This document shows, one piece after another, positions 1 to 9,873 of a DNA stretch of 54,597 nt. The stretch spans positions 1 through 54,597 of the forward strand of contig JABDCI010000008.1 in assembly GCA_013288215.1 (NCBI GenBank), written 5' to 3'. Both the position numbers and the translations under genes were made by a program. A model generated the notes under the pieces. The model worked only from the letters and a program-made list of their open reading frames with translations. It ran no database searches and was not told the DNA's origin. The stretch's first letter is position 1. Each line of letters opens with the position of its first letter. The stretch comes from Verrucomicrobiota bacterium. Its GTDB lineage: Bacteria; Verrucomicrobiota; Verrucomicrobiia; JABWAM01.

Positions 1-1321
1 AAACTTCGAATTCGGCGTGTTGCAATCGCTTGACACCGATCTGCACCACCTGGCGTCCCGTTGTACGCAACACAATAAACTCGTGTCCTTCGGCGACGCG
101 CGACTCACCGGTCTGTGGCACGTGTCCAAATTCCTTCACCAGATATCCGCCAATCGTGGTCACATCCTCCGCGCTGAGATGAATGCCCAGCAGTTCCTCG
201 AGATCGTGAAGCGGGAGCTCGCCATGCAGGCGGAATTCGCCATTCGGAAGTTTTTGAAACATCAACGCCTCCTGATCGAACTCGTCTTGAATGTCTCCCA
301 CGATTTCTTCGAGAATATTTTCCAATGTGACCATTCCCACAACAGTGCCATATTCATCCACGAGAACCGCCAAATGCACGCGTCGCTTGAGAAACATGCT
401 TAAGAGGCGCTCGAGCGGCATGGTTTCCGGGACAAAGAGAACGTCACGCTTGATAGAAGCCAGATTGGCCTGCTCTCCCTGATCATGAACGAGCCACATC
501 ATATCTTTCAAATGCACCATGCCTACAATCTGGTCGATGTTGCCATCGCATAATGGATACCGGCTGTGATTGGACTGACGCGCGATTTTAAGGTTCTCGG
601 CGATCGTTCTGCGGGTGGAAAGAAAAATGATCTTTGTGCGGTGGAGCATCACCTGGCGCGCTTTGCGGCGACGAAGATCCAGCGCGTTCAGAAGCAAGGA
701 ACCTGCCACAGGCGTCAGTTGGCTTGTTTTACTCGATTGCTGCAGAAGAGAGCGCAACTCTTCTGCGCTATGGGCAACTTCCTGTCCACCCGCAGGCTGA
801 AGTCCAAGAAGTTTCAACACTCCTAGCGACGAGGTGTTGAGAATCCAAATCGCGGGATAAATCAACATATGGAAAATGCGAAGCGGCCACGCGATCCATA
901 CGCTCGTTGCCTCGGCCATCTGAATGGCAAGCACTTTAGGAGCTTGCTCGCCAATGACGATATGAAGAAAAGTGATCAGCGCGAACACGAGAGTCGCCGA
1001 AGCAATATGAACAAAGACAGGAGTCAGGTCGAACGGATGGAACAAAAATAAAAATATATGCGCCAGTGCCTGCTCACCGAGCCAGCCGAGACCAAGACTT
1101 GTCATCGTAACGCCTAACTGCGCCGCCGACAAATAGGCATTCATATCGTCCATCAGCTGCAACGTCAGGCGTGCACCAAATCGACCTTCGTCCGCCCACT
1201 GGCGAATGCGTGTGCGCCGTGCTTTAACCAGCGCGAATTCGGAAGCAACGAAAAAAGCGTTGAGCAAGACAAGCACCGCGACGCTCAGCAACTTAAGGAT
1301 GGTCCAAAAGGTGTCGCCCAT
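1..1321 (-). CDS. Hemolysin-family CNNM/DUF21-CBS-CorC_HlyC membrane protein (3' end runs off the window)
   Basis: Not in the ORF track. Manual translation from ATG at 1321 gives MGDTFWTILKLLSVAVLVLLNAFFVASEFALVKARRTRI...YLSAAQLGVTMTSLGLGWLGEQALA, the DUF21 signature. The same frame reads GRQVVQIGVKRL near base 1, as expected for the end of CorC_HlyC. Confidence 0.9.
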   Translation of the reverse strand, partial: MGDTFWTILKLLSVAVLVLLNAFFVASEFALVKARRTRIRQWADEGRFGARLTLQLMDDMNAYLSAAQLGVTMTSLGLGWLGEQALAHIFLFLFHPFDLTPVFVHIASATLVFALITFLHIVIGEQAPKVLAIQMAEATSVWIAWPLRIFHMLIYPAIWILNTSSLGVLKLLGLQPAGGQEVAHSAEELRSLLQQSSKTSQLTPVAGSLLLNALDLRRRKARQVMLHRTKIIFLSTRRTIAENLKIARQSNHSRYPLCDGNIDQIVGMVHLKDMMWLVHDQGEQANLASIKRDVLFVPETMPLERLLSMFLKRRVHLAVLVDEYGTVVGMVTLENILEEIVGDIQDEFDQEALMFQKLPNGEFRLHGELPLHDLEELLGIHLSAEDVTTIGGYLVKEFGHVPQTGESRVAEGHEFIVLRTTGRQVVQIGVKRLQHAEFEV

Positions 1322-1445
1322 CCGCAAATCAAAAGAGTTCGCAGTTTAAAGTTCAAGGTTCAAAGTAAGAGAATGCCCCGGTAGAAAATTCGGGACGTTT
1401 CCGGCAACCTGCCAGTCGAGTCAAATTTGACCCTTGAACTAAAAG

Positions 1446-1542
1446 AAAGCCGAGCAACCGCGGCAGATGAAAGTCAGACTACCGTTGCTGTCTTCCGACT
1501 CTGGCGGGGTTCGTCAGCCATCATTCCACGGCGCTCGGCAAA
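1446..1542 (-). ncRNA. ffs: Signal recognition particle RNA (small bacterial SRP / 4.5S RNA)
   Basis: Minus strand reads GCCGAGC...GAACCCCGCCAGAGTCGGAAGACAGCAACGGTAG...GCTCGGC. This gives paired termini and a helix-8 GGAA tetraloop flanked by CAG/AGCA. A U-rich tail (TTTCTTTT) follows, and a TACACT -10 box lies upstream at 1548-1553. Ends are approximate. Confidence 0.9.
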
Positions 1543-1564
1543 TCAAAAGTGTAGCACAAACCCA

Positions 1565-3115
1565 TTATATGTCATCTGAAACCGGACTCGGGCCTGGGTG
1601 CAGGAACCGCCAGAGGCTCTCCGCGCTTCGTTTTCCGAATCCCTCAACACTCTGAAGCTCTTCCATGCTCGCGGCTCGGATCTGTTCGAGCGACCCAAAG
1701 CGTTGCAGCAGCACCTTTTTACGTTTTGACCCAAGGCCGGGTAGTTCATCCAGGATTGAAAAGCGGATTTGTTTTCTGCGCCATCCTTCGTGCAGGGTGT
1801 TCGCGAATCGATGAGCCTCGTCGCGGATGCGTTGAAGCAATTGCAACGCCGGTGAGGAGGCAGGCAATTTGATAGGCTCCTGACGATCCGGTAAATAAAT
1901 TTCTTCCTCGTCCTTCGCTAACCCCGCCACGGGAAGCTCGATTTGAACAGCCTTCAACGCAAGGAGCGCCGCATTGAGTTGGCCGCGACCGCCATCGATC
2001 AGAACAAGATCGGGCAAGGCTCTCCCTTCGTCGCTCAGACGTCGATAACGTCGTCCCACAATCTCACGCATCGACGCAAAGTCGTCGTTCTGCACAAAGA
2101 TTTCGGGCACCTTCGTCGAACGGATCACCTTGGCTGTTTCGGCATCCTTCATTTCAACTGTGGCGCCCTTGATTTTGAAGTGCCGATAATTCGCTTTCAG
2201 GGGACGCCCCTGCACAAAATGCACCATCGAACCCACCGTGTGCTGTCCATAAATGTGCGAGATATCGAAACCTTCGACAATGCGGGGCGGCTGCGCGAGC
2301 CCTAGAACTTGGCCAAGCGCGGCGAGTTCGGAGTCCGGATTTTGCGCGCGAGGCATGTCGCGCGCAAACTTGCGCGCGCTTTGTTTGACGGTGGTCGTCA
2401 AATCATGCAGTGCATCGCGCAGGCTTGCAGCCCGCTCGTAATCCTTCCGTTCCGAGGCCGTCTGCATCGCCTTCTCCATTTCTTCCAGAGCAACCTCGTC
2501 TTTTCCCTCTAGAAATTGACAGGCGCGCTCCACCCAGCGCTGATATTCTTCGCTCGTGATCCGATTCACGCATGGCGCGGAGCAATGCTTCAAGATATCG
2601 TTCATGCAATGCTTGTAGTCGCGTTCATCCGGATCGGTGGGCAGGCATGCGCGGATATGAAAATTCTTGCGAAGATACTCGAGCGTGTTGCGCAGCGCCG
2701 ACGAATGGCTGAACGGACCGAAGTAACGGCAACCATCCGGTTTTTGCAGGCGAGTCAGGACAAATCTTGGAAAACGGTCGCGCGTCAATTTTACCAGGAG
2801 GAATCGCTTGTCGTCACGGAAGGAAATATTGTATTTGGGACGATATTGCTTGATCAGTTTGCCTTCGAGAAGAATGGCCTCCGCCTCGTTTTTCACTTCG
2901 AAAGCCTCGATGTCGGCCACCATGGCAACCAGCGCGCGTGTTTTCGGATCAAGCACGTGGTATCGGCCCGCCTGGAAATATGACCGCACCCTTTTATTGA
3001 GCGCCTTCGCCTTGCCGACGTAGATCACCTTTCCCAAACGATCCCGCATTAAATAGACGCCGGGACGTCCGGAGAGTCGTGAAAGTTTCTCGCGAATGAC
3101 CGTCGAAAATTCCAT
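1565..3115 (-). CDS. uvrC: Excinuclease ABC subunit C
   Basis: GIY-YIG N-terminus (PGVYLM...IYVGKAK), UVR domain, RNase H-like FDISH and LIDGG motifs, RDEAHRFA, C-terminal HhH. Confidence 0.97.
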   Translation of the reverse strand: MEFSTVIREKLSRLSGRPGVYLMRDRLGKVIYVGKAKALNKRVRSYFQAGRYHVLDPKTRALVAMVADIEAFEVKNEAEAILLEGKLIKQYRPKYNISFRDDKRFLLVKLTRDRFPRFVLTRLQKPDGCRYFGPFSHSSALRNTLEYLRKNFHIRACLPTDPDERDYKHCMNDILKHCSAPCVNRITSEEYQRWVERACQFLEGKDEVALEEMEKAMQTASERKDYERAASLRDALHDLTTTVKQSARKFARDMPRAQNPDSELAALGQVLGLAQPPRIVEGFDISHIYGQHTVGSMVHFVQGRPLKANYRHFKIKGATVEMKDAETAKVIRSTKVPEIFVQNDDFASMREIVGRRYRRLSDEGRALPDLVLIDGGRGQLNAALLALKAVQIELPVAGLAKDEEEIYLPDRQEPIKLPASSPALQLLQRIRDEAHRFANTLHEGWRRKQIRFSILDELPGLGSKRKKVLLQRFGSLEQIRAASMEELQSVEGFGKRSAESLWRFLHPGPSPVSDDI

Positions 3116-3149
3116 ACGAGCGTCAGCCCAGCAGGGCGATAGATTCCAG

Positions 3150-4757
3150 CTAATTTTGTTCGGAGGCGCGATTCCACCCCAATTTCCTCAAAAGGGAACG
3201 CTCCACCTCCAAAACTTCGTCCAATTTCAACCAGCGCGCCATCCCTGTATAGACCAGACCACCGGTCCCAACTCCCACCATAACTCGGCTGAGATCACCC
3301 AAAAAAGAATCGTTCACCCCAAACCAAACATGGAGAAACAACGTGACATAAACGACGCCGCTCATCACCAGCGCGGAAACGATCATTTTCCCGAAGGCTT
3401 TCCATGTCTCGATGCTCATGCCGCCGAGAAACCGGGAAAGCACGGCCAGCAGGATACCCGATCCCAGCAACGCGGTAAGCGACGTGGTAAGCGCAAGACC
3501 TGCGGCGCCCAAATCCGTTTTCGTGATGAAAAACAAGTTCAGGCAAATCGTCAGCACAATGGAACCGAGTGAAACGCACATCGGCGTCATCGTCCGATCG
3601 AGCGCATAAAACGCCGGAGCGAGCACCTTGGTCGAGGCATATCCAATCAAACCGAGCGCGTACGCGATCAGAACGCTCGCGGTGTGCTCCGTCGCGTAGG
3701 CATTAAATCGGCGGTGCTGAAAGAGCACGGCGATCAGGGGGGTGCTCAACAAGGCAAGGCCGAAAGCCGATGGAATGCAAAACGCGGCATTCAGCCGAAG
3801 CGCCCGCTCAAGGCGCTCGCGAAACGCAACGCGATCGAACAACGACGCGTCCACGGCAAGACCTGGAAGGGACACTGTGCTGATCGCCACGCCGAACATG
3901 CCAATGGGAAGCTGGATCAGCCGGAACGCATAAGCCAGCCACACCATGCTTCCCGTTTGCAAATATGATGCGAACACGGTGTTGATGAACACATTCACCT
4001 GCACGGCGGAAACACCAATGATGGCCGGCGCCATCAAACGTCCAATATCACGAACACCGGGATCGCGCAGATCCCATTTAGGCCGATAGGCAAAGCCAAG
4101 CCGCCGCAGGGTGGGCACCTGAACAAGCCATTGGAGCGCGCCGCCGGCAACAGAACCAATCGCCATGCAAATCATGGCCACTTCGCCAAAATTCCTGTCA
4201 TAAATCAGCGCCAAGCCGAGTCCCACCACAATGGAACCGACATTGAAAAAGGAAGATGCGGATGCGGGGAGTCCAAAACGGCCGTACGTATTTAGAATGC
4301 CCATCGCCAACGCAGCCATCCCCACCAGCAAAATAAATGGGAATAGGATGCGCGTCAGCAGCACGGTCAGTTCGAATTTCTCCGGCTGGTCCACATATCC
4401 GTGTGCGATCAACGCGACGAGCGGCCGAGCGAAAAGAACCCCCAGAATCACAAGCGCACCGAGCACCACGTATTGAATCGTGATCATGAGTCGCGCGAGG
4501 GCCCAGGCGCTTTCGTTCCCCTCGCGTGCTTTTTTGCGCGTGAACACCGTGACGAATGCCGAGGAAAGGGCGCCTTCCGCAAAGAGATCTCGCAACATGT
4601 TGGGAATGCGAAACGCGACCTGAAACGCGTCATTGAGCTGGCTTGCGCCGAAACAAAACGCGAACACCTGGTCGCGCACCAATCCGAGGACGCGGCTCAC
4701 CAACACCGCGAGGCTCACCTTGCCGGCCGACCGCATCATTTTGGAATGTTGTGTCAC
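3150..4757 (-). CDS. murJ: Lipid II flippase MurJ (MviN)
   Basis: SRVLGLVRD, AFRIPNMLRDLFAEGALSSAF, RLIQLPIG and multiple TM helices. Confidence 0.95.
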   Translation of the reverse strand: MTQHSKMMRSAGKVSLAVLVSRVLGLVRDQVFAFCFGASQLNDAFQVAFRIPNMLRDLFAEGALSSAFVTVFTRKKAREGNESAWALARLMITIQYVVLGALVILGVLFARPLVALIAHGYVDQPEKFELTVLLTRILFPFILLVGMAALAMGILNTYGRFGLPASASSFFNVGSIVVGLGLALIYDRNFGEVAMICMAIGSVAGGALQWLVQVPTLRRLGFAYRPKWDLRDPGVRDIGRLMAPAIIGVSAVQVNVFINTVFASYLQTGSMVWLAYAFRLIQLPIGMFGVAISTVSLPGLAVDASLFDRVAFRERLERALRLNAAFCIPSAFGLALLSTPLIAVLFQHRRFNAYATEHTASVLIAYALGLIGYASTKVLAPAFYALDRTMTPMCVSLGSIVLTICLNLFFITKTDLGAAGLALTTSLTALLGSGILLAVLSRFLGGMSIETWKAFGKMIVSALVMSGVVYVTLFLHVWFGVNDSFLGDLSRVMVGVGTGGLVYTGMARWLKLDEVLEVERSLLRKLGWNRASEQN

Positions 4758-4842
4758 CCCGCCACGATATCACACCCCCTGAATGAGGTGAAAGACCCAT
4801 CCACAACAGCGTGCTTGATCCCCATCCCGCTTTCGCGCCATC

Positions 4843-6559
4843 ATGAATTCCGAAAAGTTGTTCTTTAATGAAATGAGTTCCACTCCTTCGTCTGTCTTCC
4901 GCCCCAAGCTTCTCGATTCACTCAAGGATTATTCTCCGCAGAAGTTGTTCGCGGATCTCACCGCAGGCCTCACGGTCGGAATCGTCGCCCTTCCTCTGGC
5001 GATGGCTTTCGCGATTGCTTCAGGCGTCAAACCCGAAGCCGGCATTTTTACCGCTGTCATTGCCGGCTTCCTCATCTCGGCGCTGGGCGGCTCGCGTGTT
5101 CAAATCGGCGGCCCCACAGGCGCATTCGTCACTATCATCTACGGAACCATCACCACCTACGGCCTCGGCAACCTGGCGATCTGCACGGTGATGGCTGGCA
5201 TCATCCTCGTGGCAATGGGCGCGACGCGCCTGGGATCCATGATCAAATACATTCCCTACCCGGTCACCAGTGGATTTACGACAGGCATCGCGATCTTAAT
5301 CGCGTCAACGCAAATCAAGGATTTTTTCGGCTTAAAGATTGATTATCAGCCGGCCGAGTTCTTCGACAAGATAGGCGTGCTCGCCCAGCATTTCAAGACG
5401 GCTGACCTCGACACGTTTCTTCTCGGGCTTGGGTCGTTGCTGGTCATCGTGTTTTGGCCCAAGAACTGGCAGCGTCGCATTCCGGGCTCCATCATCGCCA
5501 TGATTATTGGAACAGCACTGGTCCGCTTCGGCGTGTTTTCCAGTCATCCGGTCGAAACGATCGGCAGCAAATTTGGAGGGATCCCGCAGCAGTTTCCTCA
5601 TTTTCAAATGCCGGATCTCTCCTGGTACAACATTCAGCATCTCTTTGTTCCCGCCACAACAATCGCGCTGCTCGCCGCCATCGAATCTCTTCTTTCCGCA
5701 GTGGTGGCGGACGGCATGATCGATGACCGTCACGATTCCAATCAGGAGCTCATGGCGCAGGGCATCGCCAACATCGTCTGCCCCTTCTTTGGCGGAATCC
5801 CCGCCACGGGAGCCATCGCCCGCACCGCCACGAATATCAAGAACGGCGCCGTCTCGCCCATTGCGGGAATCATCCACTCCCTCACCTTGCTCGTGATCAT
5901 TCTTGTGGCGGCCCCCCCTTGCAAAATACATCCCCCTCGCCACATTGAGCGCAGTGCTTCTTGTCGTCGCCTACAACATGGGCGAGTGGCATGAATTGAA
6001 GCGCCTCCGCAAGCTTCCGAAAGGCGACGGCCTGGTTCTGCTCACCGTCTTCGCGCTCACCGTGGCCATCGATCTCTCCCGTGCCGTTGGCATCGGAATG
6101 ATTCTAGCTTCGATGCTTTTCATTAAACGTGTTTCGGAAACGACTCAGATCACCGCGGTGGACGGAAGTCCCGATTCCGAGGGTCCCCAATACACAACGA
6201 CCGGAAAGGACGTGCCGCCTGGGGTGATTGTCTATCGCATCTTCGGCGCGTTCCTTTTTGGCGCGGCCGAAAAGCTTGAAACCTCGTTGAAGCGCGCCGG
6301 CCAGGAACCCAAGATCCTGATCCTCGAAGTGCACAAGGTGATCGCGATGGACGCCACAGGTTTAAACGCGCTTGAAAGCTTGTACGAACGATTGAAGCGC
6401 CGCCACAAGCATCTGATCCTGGTCGGACCGCACACTCAACCTTACATGGTGATGATCAACTCCGGATTCATCGACCGGCTTGGGCCAAACAATGTGGCCG
6501 CCGAGATGGACGCGGGCCTCTCCCGGGCACGCGAACTCCTCGAGGCCGCTTCGAAGTGA
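4843..6559 (+). pseudogene. SulP family anion transporter with C-terminal STAS domain, split by a +1 frameshift at a C7 run (5912-5918)
   Basis: ORF 4843-5994 (AGLTVGIVALPLAMAFAIASG, GPTGAF, ATGAIART) continues in another frame as LAKYIPLATLSAVLLVVAYNM...STAS (5903-6559). Removing one C from GCCCCCCCTT restores AAPLAKYIP. Could be a sequencing error. Confidence 0.85.
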
Positions 6560-6566
6560 AAATCTT

Positions 6567-8957
6567 ATGCCTGCTGAAACTTCCGATGCAGCGGATTTGT
6601 GGTCTGAAGCGCTGAAGCATTGGCAACTGAAAGACGCCATCTCGACGCGTTCATGTTGCGAGCAAATCCTCGTCGTCGAGAATCGCCACGGCGGCGCCCT
6701 GCACTTGCTCGCACTCATCGCGTATGGCGAAGGCAATCTGCGCGATGCTCTCGAAAAATCGCGCGCGGCGGTTGAGGGAGGACCCCATGTCGCAGTCTTT
6801 CACAACACCCTCGGTGCCGTGCTCCTCGCTTCGGAACAGCCCGACCTGGCCGAAGCGGCGTTTCGCACCGCGATCCAAATCGATCCCAAACATGCCGAGG
6901 CGCATGGCAATCTTGGGAACATGCTCAAGAACAGGCGGCGCTACGTCGACGCCATCGCGCAATATGAAGAGGCGATCTCCATCAAGCCCGAATATCAGGA
7001 AGCATGGCAGCAGCTCGGCCTCACCTTTTTCTTGGAACGAAAATGGAAGGAAGCGATCCGTTGTCTTCGAAAAGCCTTGGAGCTCAAACCTGATGAGCCG
7101 AGCGTTTTCGCCTTTCTGGGAGCAAGCCTGCGGGAGGATGGCCAGCTCATCGAAGCGGAAACCTGCTTTCGAAAAGAAATTTCCATGCGTCCGACGCCCG
7201 AGGTTCTCCAGGAGCTGGCGCTTGTCCTTCAGCAGCAAAACCGGATGGATGAAGCGATTGGATTTTATCTCGAAGTGCTTCGTCTGTGCCCCAACAACTT
7301 TGGCGCATACAACAATCTCGGACTGGCATTCGCCACAATGGGAAAGCTGGAAGAAGCAGTCCAGGCTTATGAGAAAGCCATCTCACTGAATCCCGATTTC
7401 CCCCCGACTTATTTGAACGTCGGCAATCTTCACAAAAATCAAAATCGTTGGGAGCAGGCCATCTTCTGGTACGAAAAAGCGATCCAACTCAAACCCGATT
7501 ATGCCGAAGCCCACAACAATTTGGGACTGATTTTCCAAGTGCAGGGATATTTATTCAAAGCGATCGCATCCTATGAAACGGCATTGAAGCATGATCCTTC
7601 CTTCCATGGCGCCTCCATGAATCGCAGCAATGCGTTTTTGGATCTTGGAAAAATCCAGGAAGCAATCTCCTCTTTTCGCGCCTTGCTTTCTCTACGCCCG
7701 GATTACCATTCAGTGCACAGCAACCTGCTCTTCACGTTGCATCATCAGCCGAACATCCGGCAGGAAGATATCTTTGAGGAGCATTTGCAATGGGCTCGCC
7801 AGCACGCGCGGCAATTGTCGCCGCGTTACAACAACTACTCGAACTCACGGGAACCCGAACGCCGGTTGCGGATCGGTTATCTCTCGCCCGACTTCTGCGG
7901 CCATGTCGTGGCATTGAATCTTTTACCGATCTTTCAGCATCATGACCGTTCACAATTCGAGATAATCTGTTATTCCAACACGCCGCGGGAAGACATGATC
8001 ACAGACCGGTTGAAGGCGCATGTGGAGCAATGGCGATACATCCGCCACCATGGGGACGAAGCGCTCTGCGAACAAATTCGCGAAGACCAGATCGACATTC
8101 TGATCGAGCTCGCAGGACATACGGCAAACAATCGGCTCCTGGTCACCGCACGACGTCCTGCGCCCATTCAAATAAACTATCTAGGCTACATCCACACGAC
8201 AGGCCTTGCCGAAGTGGACTATCGCCTCACCGACCTGCATGGCGATCCAGAAGGTGTTACCGAACGATTCTACACCGAAAAAATCATTCGGCTGCCGCAA
8301 TCCGCCATCTGCTACGATTCCATCCAGGGCTCTCCCGAAGTTCAGCCTCCTCCCTTCCTTAAAACAGGCCGAATTACGTTCGGATCCTTCAATAATCTCA
8401 CGAAGTTCAACGACCACGTCGCGGAACTTTGGGCCAAAGTGCTGCTCGAAGTCCCGCAATCCATGCTTCTCATGAAAGCACGGCCGCTCCTCGAACCCGA
8501 AGCATGCGCATGGGTTCGCCAACGGTTCGAAAAGTTCGGTGTTTCCCCAGAGCGCATTGAGTTTCTGGGATGGATTTCGTCGAACATGCAGCATCTCGAA
8601 TTGTACCATCGCATCGACATCGCCCTCGATCCGTTTCCTTTCAATGGCGGCATCACCTCCTTTGACGCGCTTTGGATGGGCGTGCCGATCATCACGCTGG
8701 CGGGCAACAGCTTTGCATCACGCATGGGCGTTCGACTCCTGGAGGAGATCGGCCTCTCCGACCTCATCTCCCTCTCGAAGCCAGAATATGTGCGTCTCGC
8801 TACTCAGCTCGCACGTGAACCGGAGCGTCTCCGCTCGCTTCGATCCGCGTTACGGGGCCTTCTCCAACATTCACCGCTCATGAATGGCGCCCAAACGACG
8901 CAAAAAATCGAAGCTGCGCTTCGCCTTGCCTGGAAGACGTGGTGCCAATCAGCGTAA
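6567..8957 (+). CDS. TPR-repeat SPINDLY-like O-GlcNAc/O-fucose transferase (GT41), copy 1
   Basis: Many TPRs (AEAHNNLG), then RLRIGYLSPDF, IDILIELAGHT, RPAPIQINYLGY, TFGSFNN, DIALDPFPFNGGITSFDALWMGVP. Start taken as the ATG just after the SulP stop. Confidence 0.9.
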   Translation: MPAETSDAADLWSEALKHWQLKDAISTRSCCEQILVVENRHGGALHLLALIAYGEGNLRDALEKSRAAVEGGPHVAVFHNTLGAVLLASEQPDLAEAAFRTAIQIDPKHAEAHGNLGNMLKNRRRYVDAIAQYEEAISIKPEYQEAWQQLGLTFFLERKWKEAIRCLRKALELKPDEPSVFAFLGASLREDGQLIEAETCFRKEISMRPTPEVLQELALVLQQQNRMDEAIGFYLEVLRLCPNNFGAYNNLGLAFATMGKLEEAVQAYEKAISLNPDFPPTYLNVGNLHKNQNRWEQAIFWYEKAIQLKPDYAEAHNNLGLIFQVQGYLFKAIASYETALKHDPSFHGASMNRSNAFLDLGKIQEAISSFRALLSLRPDYHSVHSNLLFTLHHQPNIRQEDIFEEHLQWARQHARQLSPRYNNYSNSREPERRLRIGYLSPDFCGHVVALNLLPIFQHHDRSQFEIICYSNTPREDMITDRLKAHVEQWRYIRHHGDEALCEQIREDQIDILIELAGHTANNRLLVTARRPAPIQINYLGYIHTTGLAEVDYRLTDLHGDPEGVTERFYTEKIIRLPQSAICYDSIQGSPEVQPPPFLKTGRITFGSFNNLTKFNDHVAELWAKVLLEVPQSMLLMKARPLLEPEACAWVRQRFEKFGVSPERIEFLGWISSNMQHLELYHRIDIALDPFPFNGGITSFDALWMGVPIITLAGNSFASRMGVRLLEEIGLSDLISLSKPEYVRLATQLAREPERLRSLRSALRGLLQHSPLMNGAQTTQKIEAALRLAWKTWCQSA

Positions 8958-9018
8958 AAACCCTCGGCCGGGAGGCTGCGAGTTTGCATTCTCTTTCTGC
9001 CTCGTGTAGTTCGATATC

Positions 9019-9873
9019 GTGACAAGTAGGGATCCTTTCTACTATTGCAATGGCGGATTCGTGCCGGCTGGCAAGGCCGTTTTGAATGTGCGCGACATGG
9101 GCATCATTCGCGGTTTTGGTCTTTTTGAATCTCTTCGAACCTATCATGGCGTGCCATTCCTCCTCAGCGAGCATCTTGATCGATTGCTTGACGCAGCCAA
9201 ACGCATCCAGCTTCGCCTGCCCTTGTCGAAGCATGGCTTTTATCAGATCGTTATGAAGCTGATCCGCAAAAATCAGTTTCCTGACGCGCTGATTCGTATC
9301 ATTGTCACGGGCGGCATCGCCCCCTCCCTCGTTCCGCAGGGGAAGACGTCCGTCATCATCCTCCTCGATCCCTTCCATGCCTTTCCTCCCGCGCAATATG
9401 AAAAAGGAATCGCCTTAAAAACGACGCCCTTCATGCGAATTCATCCCGAGGTGAAATCGACCGTCTACTTCGGCGCTGTTCTTGGTCATCGTGAGGCCCT
9501 GAAAAACGGATTCACCGAAGCGGTCTATGTCGATGAAAAGGGTGCAATCCTCGAAGGAACAACCTACAGCGTCTGCGCGGTGCTTCCCGGTCCAAGGCTG
9601 GTCATTCCCAAGATCCGCGTTCTCCATAGCATCACCGCGGATTGTGTCATCCGAATCGCAAAGAAAAAACGCATCCCCGTGGAGCGTCGATCGATCACCC
9701 GGGCGGTGCGTCAACGCGCGCTGGAAATGTTCATCACCTCAAGCAACCGGGAATTGATTCCTGTTGTGCGTGTCGATCGCCAGCGCATCGGCAAGGGGCG
9801 TCCTGGGATAGTCACGAGAGAATTGCATCGCGCGTACCGTTCGATGGTCATGGCAATCTCCGGCAACTTCTGA
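9019..9873 (+). CDS. PLP-dependent aminotransferase class IV (D-amino-acid/branched-chain aminotransferase or ADC lyase-like)
   Basis: RGFGLFESLR, EHLDRL, catalytic Lys in EVKS, EGTT, EMFITSS. Confidence 0.88.
   Translation: MTSRDPFYYCNGGFVPAGKAVLNVRDMGIIRGFGLFESLRTYHGVPFLLSEHLDRLLDAAKRIQLRLPLSKHGFYQIVMKLIRKNQFPDALIRIIVTGGIAPSLVPQGKTSVIILLDPFHAFPPAQYEKGIALKTTPFMRIHPEVKSTVYFGAVLGHREALKNGFTEAVYVDEKGAILEGTTYSVCAVLPGPRLVIPKIRVLHSITADCVIRIAKKKRIPVERRSITRAVRQRALEMFITSSNRELIPVVRVDRQRIGKGRPGIVTRELHRAYRSMVMAISGNF

Noticed and set aside
17-1051. Several + strand ORFs at the window start
   Set aside because: They are antisense shadows of the minus-strand CNNM/hemolysin gene, which the ORF track missed because its stop lies outside the window.
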